Shown piece after piece: positions 59,157 to 64,000 of a stretch of 64,000 nucleotides of DNA. The notes under the pieces were generated by a model. The model was not told the origin of the DNA and did no database searches. It was given only the letters and a program-made list of their open reading frames with translations. The position numbers and the translations under genes were made by a program. This stretch comes from a virus. Where the stretch lies: IMG/VR virus record IMGVR_UViG_3300025407_001359, one strand, 5' to 3'. Each line of letters begins with the position of its first letter. Positions within the stretch are counted from its first letter, which is position 1.

Positions 59157-59387
59157 ATGAAAATTGCCGACATCTTGAGATCAGTAGCTGACGCATTGGA
59201 AAAGGCCGAATCTGAATCACACATTGGCACAGCCAGTCCGTTTACCTCTGCCAATCAACCTTGTGACACCTGCCGAGCAACACCTTGTGCCTGTGATACC
59301 CAATCCGATGCGGAACAGCCAGACGAACTAGCAGTGATTCGCCAATTGGGTGGTATAGCGCCCGCTGTTGCCGTAGTTGGCCAGTAA
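59157..59387 (+). CDS. Small hypothetical protein (MKIADILRS...)
   Basis: CDTC...CAC; ELAVIRQLGG. Confidence 0.6.
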   Translation: MKIADILRSVADALEKAESESHIGTASPFTSANQPCDTCRATPCACDTQSDAEQPDELAVIRQLGGIAPAVAVVGQ

Positions 59388-59410
59388 CAGACATAAGTCA
59401 TTGATTTAAT

Positions 59411-59437
59411 AAAAATGCTAGAGCTGGCATTTTTTTA
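59411..59437. terminator. Bidirectional intrinsic terminator
   Basis: AAAAATGCTA-GAGC-TGGCATTTTT. Confidence 0.75.
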
Positions 59438-59518
59438 TGGCTAAATTTTTTACGTAGACATATAGACTGTAATAAAACTGTAGTTGACTTTACAACACTT
59501 ATAATTTATATTGTTAAT

Positions 59519-59690
59519 ACACAGAAGTAAACATTTAGTTAGCGATCTTGCATAACTGAAGTACTAGTACTACTTTTGCCGCGACTGATCCAGGCAATGC
59601 TGGATACCGTTTGAGTATGTCAAACCGGAATTTGTGGATATGTGGATTTTTGATATCAATTTGATACCAAATATCAGTTGACGGCAAATG
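59519..59690 (+). ncRNA. Candidate ~170-nt multibranch ncRNA downstream of its own sigma70 promoter
   Basis: TTGACT(59484)-17-TATATT; 14-bp closing stem 59575-88/59674-88 enclosing three hairpins. Confidence 0.5.
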
Positions 59691-59736
59691 TGTTTTAGTG
59701 TATAGTTACAGTATCTTCTACTGGTAAATACTAACT

Positions 59737-61407
59737 ATGATACTTGCTTACCTATTGTTACTGACGGGCTTGACCATTAGCTCGGTCGCAATCTACTACA
59801 GCGTGGTGGGTTTAACTGCCATCTTCTCTGCCGCAGCGGTGCCCATTATGATCATGGGTGTGAGTTTGGAAGTGGCCAAGTTGGTATGTGCTACCTGGAT
59901 CAAACAGCATTGGAGCCGTGTTCCAATGCTGATGCGTATCTATATGTGCGTGGCCGTTACAGTATTGATGCTGATCACAAGTATGGGTATCTTTGGCTTC
60001 TTGAGCAAAGCACACAACGATCAAAATTTGGTGTCGGGTGATGTAGGCGCCAAACTGGCTATTTTTGATGAAAAAATCAAAACAGCACGTGACAACATCG
60101 AAGCTGATCGCAAACAGCTACAGCAAATGGATGCCGCAGTTGATCAGGTAATGAGCCGTAGCAGTGATGAAAAAGGGGCTGACAAATCCAACGCTATTCG
60201 CAATAGCCAAAAGCGTGATCGTGCGGCCTTGGCCAAAGATATTGAAGCCAATCAAAGAGTCATTAGTCAACTCAATGATGAAGCTGCTCCTATACGTGCT
60301 GAGAATCGTAAAGTCGAAGCTGAAGTAGGTCCTATCAAGTATATTGCCGCATTTATTTACGGTACTGCACCCGACGCATCAATGTTGGAAAAGGCAGTGA
60401 CCTGGATCATCATAATGATTGTTATAGTATTTGATCCGCTGGCAGTTATTATGTTGTTGGCCAGTCAAATGACATTTGCTTGGCAACGCAATCCTGCGCC
60501 AACAGTTGAGCAAGAACCTGACCAGGGAGAAGAATCTGAACAAGAAGAAAAACTAGTACTGGTCAATGATGACACTCCAAATTACGAAGGTGTGCGTATG
60601 CCCAATGGCGAGTGGGTCCAGACCGGTCCCAGTTTTGAACCACAGGAACCACACTACGAGCGCCAGTCACTTCCGTTAACAGATGAACAACTTGATCAGA
60701 TTAATGCTATGCTGGCCGAGTATGCCGAACACGCTGAAACTGAACTGCCCGAACTGGAAAGTATCAAAGAAGAAACTCCGTTCCGCGGGCGTGGGTTGGC
60801 ACCCAGTATGCCAATGACAGCCAGCTATGTGCAACCTGTTGCCACTGAGCGATTGCCTGCAAATTTAGAAACAACTTGGACTCCGGCCACACAAGAAGAC
60901 GCAGATCAAGTGGTACAACAGTTGAAAGAAGTTGGATATTTAACTGCTGATGGTGAAATCAATCCCGACTATGCGCCAAACGAAGATGGAGTTGATGTGG
61001 TAGAAGCAAAAGCACCACCCGAAGATCCAGAACCACCCGAAGTACCTGAAGCACGACCCGGCGCCAATCGTGGAGTTGATATGAGTAAACTGTTGGCAGT
61101 GGGAATACAAGCAGACAATCAACTTGATTCGGCCAAAGCCAGCAATACCGGATTTGGCAACGAATACCCAGCCAATCCCGCAAAGGGCGACATCTACTTG
61201 AGAACCGATTACTTACCAAATCGTTTGTTCAAATTCAATGGCAGCAAGTGGATAGAGGTTGACAAAGATCAAACAGACGTGTATGCTTATGATGATCTGT
61301 ATATACAGCACTTGATTGCCGAAATTGATGCTGGACGTTATGATCCCGATTCATTGACTGATGTAGAACGCGAACAAATTCGACAATATTTGGAAAAGAA
61401 TGCATAG
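59737..61407 (+). CDS. Membrane-anchored coiled-coil protein with acidic linker and C-terminal aromatic module
   Basis: Several N-terminal TM helices, coiled coil, further TM, E/P-rich linker, GNEYPANPAKGDIYLRTD...FNGSKW. Confidence 0.75.
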   Translation: MILAYLLLLTGLTISSVAIYYSVVGLTAIFSAAAVPIMIMGVSLEVAKLVCATWIKQHWSRVPMLMRIYMCVAVTVLMLITSMGIFGFLSKAHNDQNLVSGDVGAKLAIFDEKIKTARDNIEADRKQLQQMDAAVDQVMSRSSDEKGADKSNAIRNSQKRDRAALAKDIEANQRVISQLNDEAAPIRAENRKVEAEVGPIKYIAAFIYGTAPDASMLEKAVTWIIIMIVIVFDPLAVIMLLASQMTFAWQRNPAPTVEQEPDQGEESEQEEKLVLVNDDTPNYEGVRMPNGEWVQTGPSFEPQEPHYERQSLPLTDEQLDQINAMLAEYAEHAETELPELESIKEETPFRGRGLAPSMPMTASYVQPVATERLPANLETTWTPATQEDADQVVQQLKEVGYLTADGEINPDYAPNEDGVDVVEAKAPPEDPEPPEVPEARPGANRGVDMSKLLAVGIQADNQLDSAKASNTGFGNEYPANPAKGDIYLRTDYLPNRLFKFNGSKWIEVDKDQTDVYAYDDLYIQHLIAEIDAGRYDPDSLTDVEREQIRQYLEKNA

Positions 61408-61636
61408 CAATTTTGTAACACCACCTGACTACGTGGAAACAGTATTGATCATCGACGCTCCTGAAGAACAGATCAAGATATTGGCCACCTTGATAGAACA
61501 CCGTGGACAAGCGTACAATGTGTATTTTTACCGACAAGAAATGAATCAACCCGAGTGGTTTGACTTGGTAGCACGTAAAGCAGATGTAGTAATAGATGCA
61601 AAATTAACCAACCCCGAAGATTACTTCAATAAATAA
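61400..61636 (+). CDS. Hypothetical protein
   Basis: Coupled ORF. Confidence 0.65.
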   Translation: MHSNFVTPPDYVETVLIIDAPEEQIKILATLIEHRGQAYNVYFYRQEMNQPEWFDLVARKADVVIDAKLTNPEDYFNK

Positions 61637-61640
61637 ACTT

Positions 61641-61892
61641 ATGGCATATTATCAAAAAGGCTCAGCAGTTGTGTGTAAAGGTAACACAGTTACAGTCGGC
61701 ATCGACGGTAACGTGGAAAAGGCTATGCGTAAATTCAAGAAGAAGGTATTGGAATCAGGCCTACTACGTGAATTAAAAGAACGCGAAACCTACGAAAAAC
61801 CCACCACAGCACGTAAGAAAGCTAAAGCAGCGGCCAAGAACCGCTGGCGCAAAAAATTAGCTTCCGAAAGCCTACCCAAAAAACTGTACTAA
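61641..61892 (+). CDS. rpsU: 30S ribosomal protein S21 (bS21)
   Basis: GNVEKAMRKFKKKV...GLLRELKERETYEKPTTARKKAKAAA. Confidence 0.92.
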   Translation: MAYYQKGSAVVCKGNTVTVGIDGNVEKAMRKFKKKVLESGLLRELKERETYEKPTTARKKAKAAAKNRWRKKLASESLPKKLY

Positions 61893-62551
61893 TGAATCCT
61901 ATAATCTATCTGGGCTTTGGCGATAGCTGGGCCTACGGTGATGAATTGGATCTCTCACGAGAGTTTCCATACATTGCAGTATTGGCCAAACACCGTGGAT
62001 CTACTTATAGCAATTATGCTCGTCCTGGCACCAGTTTGCCACAATTGGTAATTCAACTACGCAAGTTTCTCAAAGAAAATCACAATCCTGCCAATCGCTA
62101 TTGTGCAGTATTTTTCCTCACAGCCAAAGAACGATCTTTTGTGTATCATCAACAGGTAGATCAAGCATTTAATCCGCGCGGTATTTTTCCTCCCGATCCA
62201 GTTGCCGACGAATTAACAAAAATGAATGACCTGTACTACAAGTATTTTTATTCCGACGAATCAGCTGATTATCAAGCCAACGTCACCTTGCTGGTATTGC
62301 AGAGTCTTTGTCGGCAGTACAACATACAAGATTACTACTTGCCGGGTTGGCAAAACAACACATTCTGGCCCGAAGTTGATCGTGCTAGAATCTACCACAC
62401 CACTTGCCAAGAACTGTTGAATTTGGAAATGGATCGGCACGGATGTGCTTTAAAAAACAATCCGTATTTTACTCCCAACATTTCTCACCCAAATCAAATG
62501 GGACACGAAAAAATAGCCAATGCGTTGCACAATTGGATTTCAAATAATTGA
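61892..62551 (+). CDS. SGNH-hydrolase-like protein (paralogue 4)
   Basis: FGDSW, SHPNQMGH. Confidence 0.6.
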   Translation: MNPIIYLGFGDSWAYGDELDLSREFPYIAVLAKHRGSTYSNYARPGTSLPQLVIQLRKFLKENHNPANRYCAVFFLTAKERSFVYHQQVDQAFNPRGIFPPDPVADELTKMNDLYYKYFYSDESADYQANVTLLVLQSLCRQYNIQDYYLPGWQNNTFWPEVDRARIYHTTCQELLNLEMDRHGCALKNNPYFTPNISHPNQMGHEKIANALHNWISNN

Positions 62552-62582
62552 TTTAAATTGAAAATTCGTGTATAAATATATT

Positions 62583-62641
62583 TGTAGTGCCGATAGTCGG
62601 GCTACACATTTAGTCATTAACTTGCTTAAAAGGAGAAAAAT
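62583..62641 (+). promoter_or_regulatory. ROSE-like RNA thermometer in the hsp20 leader
   Basis: 5' hairpin TGTAG..CCGA/TCGG..CTACA, then CTTGCT-TAAA-AGGAG pairing the SD with a bulged G. Confidence 0.55.
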
Positions 62642-63094
62642 ATGACACAATTACAAATCCACACCCTTGATTTACCTGCATTCGTAAACCAGATTCATCG
62701 CCAGACCATTGGCTTTGACAGTTTATTTGAACAGCTGAATCGCAATTTTGCCAACAGCAAAAGCGACAACTACCCGCCACACAATGTGGTCAAGCTGGAT
62801 GACACTCACTATGTTATCGAAGTGGCCGTTGCTGGTTTTGCTGAAGATGAAATTGATGTTGAATTAAAAGACAACGTCTTAACTGTACGAGGCGAACAAG
62901 CCAAACGTGAAACCGAAGTTGAGTACTTGCACAAAGGTATCAGTGCTAGAAACTTTACTCGTACCTTCCCATTGGCCGAACACATTGAAGTACGTGGTGC
63001 CACAGTTAAGAATGGTATTTTGGCCATTGCTTTGGAACAAGTGGTTCCAGAAGAAGACAAGCCTAAAAAAATTGCCATTACATTTGCAAAATAA
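62642..63094 (+). CDS. Small heat-shock protein (Hsp20/IbpA-like)
   Basis: IGFD, NYPPHNVV, EVAVAGF, YLHKGISARNF, NGIL. Confidence 0.95.
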   Translation: MTQLQIHTLDLPAFVNQIHRQTIGFDSLFEQLNRNFANSKSDNYPPHNVVKLDDTHYVIEVAVAGFAEDEIDVELKDNVLTVRGEQAKRETEVEYLHKGISARNFTRTFPLAEHIEVRGATVKNGILAIALEQVVPEEDKPKKIAITFAK

Positions 63095-63147
63095 GCTGTA
63101 AGGCTGTATAATAAAGGGAAAGGTACTTCTTTCCCTTTATTTTTAAT

Positions 63148-63480
63148 ATGAGCGAAACTTTAATGTCAAAAACCAAAACACACATAGAAATACGTCCACG
63201 TATTGAGCCCAAACTCAACATACAGGAACCACCACAATTCCGTGTTATCTATATCAATGATGAAACAACTACACAAGAGTTTGTAGTTGAAACACTCAAG
63301 GTAATATTCAATTATGACCAAGGTGCCGCTGAAGCATTGACGATGCAAGTACACGAGGAAGGATCGGCTGTGGTAGCGGTATTGCCGTATGAAATGGCCG
63401 AACAAAAAGGCATTGAAGTTACCATGCTGGCTCGCAACAACGGATTCCCTTTACAAGTCAAAATTGAACAAGACGTATGA
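63148..63480 (+). CDS. clpS: ClpAP adaptor ClpS
   Basis: PPQFRVIYINDETTTQEFVVETL...MQVHEEGSAVV...FPL. Confidence 0.92.
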   Translation: MSETLMSKTKTHIEIRPRIEPKLNIQEPPQFRVIYINDETTTQEFVVETLKVIFNYDQGAAEALTMQVHEEGSAVVAVLPYEMAEQKGIEVTMLARNNGFPLQVKIEQDV

Positions 63481-63953
63481 TTTTCAACCACGTTAAAAAG
63501 CTCAAGGCCGAAGGCAAGCGCATTGGTATTACCTTTAGTACCTTTGATATGCTACACGCAGGACATATTGCTATGCTGGCCGAAGCAAAGAATCATTGCG
63601 ATTACTTGATTGCTGGCTTGCAAACAGATCCCACTATTGATCGTCCCGATACCAAGAATAAACCGGTACAGAGCATTGTGGAACGCCAAATCCAATTGGC
63701 TGCTTGTCGTTATGTAGACGAAGTGGTAGTTTATCAAACTGAACAGGATTTGATCGACTTGCTCTTAATTCTGCCTATTGATGTTCGTGTACTAGGTGTT
63801 GAATACGAAAACAAAGCATACACCGGCGAGCAAGAAGGATTTGTACGTGGTATTCGACCAATCTTTAATCGTCGTGATCATTCGTTCTCCAGTTCAGGGT
63901 TACGTACACGTGTAGTTGAAGCAGAATCAATGAAGCTCCTAAAAGGAAAATAA
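63477..63953 (+). CDS. Glycerol-3-phosphate cytidylyltransferase-like nucleotidyltransferase
   Basis: TFSTFDMLHAGH (HxGH), ERQIQL, VDEVV, FSSSGLR. Confidence 0.88.
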   Translation: MIFNHVKKLKAEGKRIGITFSTFDMLHAGHIAMLAEAKNHCDYLIAGLQTDPTIDRPDTKNKPVQSIVERQIQLAACRYVDEVVVYQTEQDLIDLLLILPIDVRVLGVEYENKAYTGEQEGFVRGIRPIFNRRDHSFSSSGLRTRVVEAESMKLLKGK

Positions 63954-64000
63954 TGTTTAAAGAAACCAACTATCGCAGTCTATTCAAAGCCATAACCTGG
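63953..64000 (+). CDS. 5' end of a DUF2061-like small membrane protein (truncated by the window)
   Basis: MFKETNYRSLFKAITW. Confidence 0.55.
   Translation, partial: MFKETNYRSLFKAITW

Overview
A 64-kb segment of a large lytic dsDNA myovirus (T4-related jumbo/huge phage). The host is probably a proteobacterium, inferred from host-like GroEL, IscU and NrdAB, AGGAG ribosome-binding sites and TTGACA/TATAAT promoters. The standard genetic code fits throughout and nearly all genes are on the + strand. Layout: (1) 60-8906, an array of 12 tRNA/tRNA-like genes interleaved with phosphatases, homing endonucleases, an RpoZ-like gene, a TRAP solute-binding protein and three long, highly base-paired non-coding segments; (2) 9750-17250, a sugar-nucleotide/methyltransferase/GT9-like glycosylation cluster; (3) groES-groEL; (4) a replication block with UvsW-like helicase, gp62-like clamp-loader subunit, a 197-aa miniature DnaE-like polymerase core, primase and DnaB-like helicase; (5) late/virion genes, iscU-iscA, exonuclease, nrdA-nrdB-glutaredoxin, PAAR and SleB-like hydrolase; (6) small early genes, uvsE, a fibre gene coupled to an S53 peptidase, rpsU (bS21), Hsp20 and ClpS. 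The best candidates for undescribed biology are four unassigned structured RNAs (about 3278-3670, 5220-5422, 6917-7176, 59519-59690), three of them with their own apparent promoter. Also notable are the minimal family-C polymerase, the virion-type sedolisin, a set of proteins with T4 capsid-targeting-like N-termini, and systematic leaderless early mRNAs. All family assignments come from motif recognition by eye. No database search or folding program was run.
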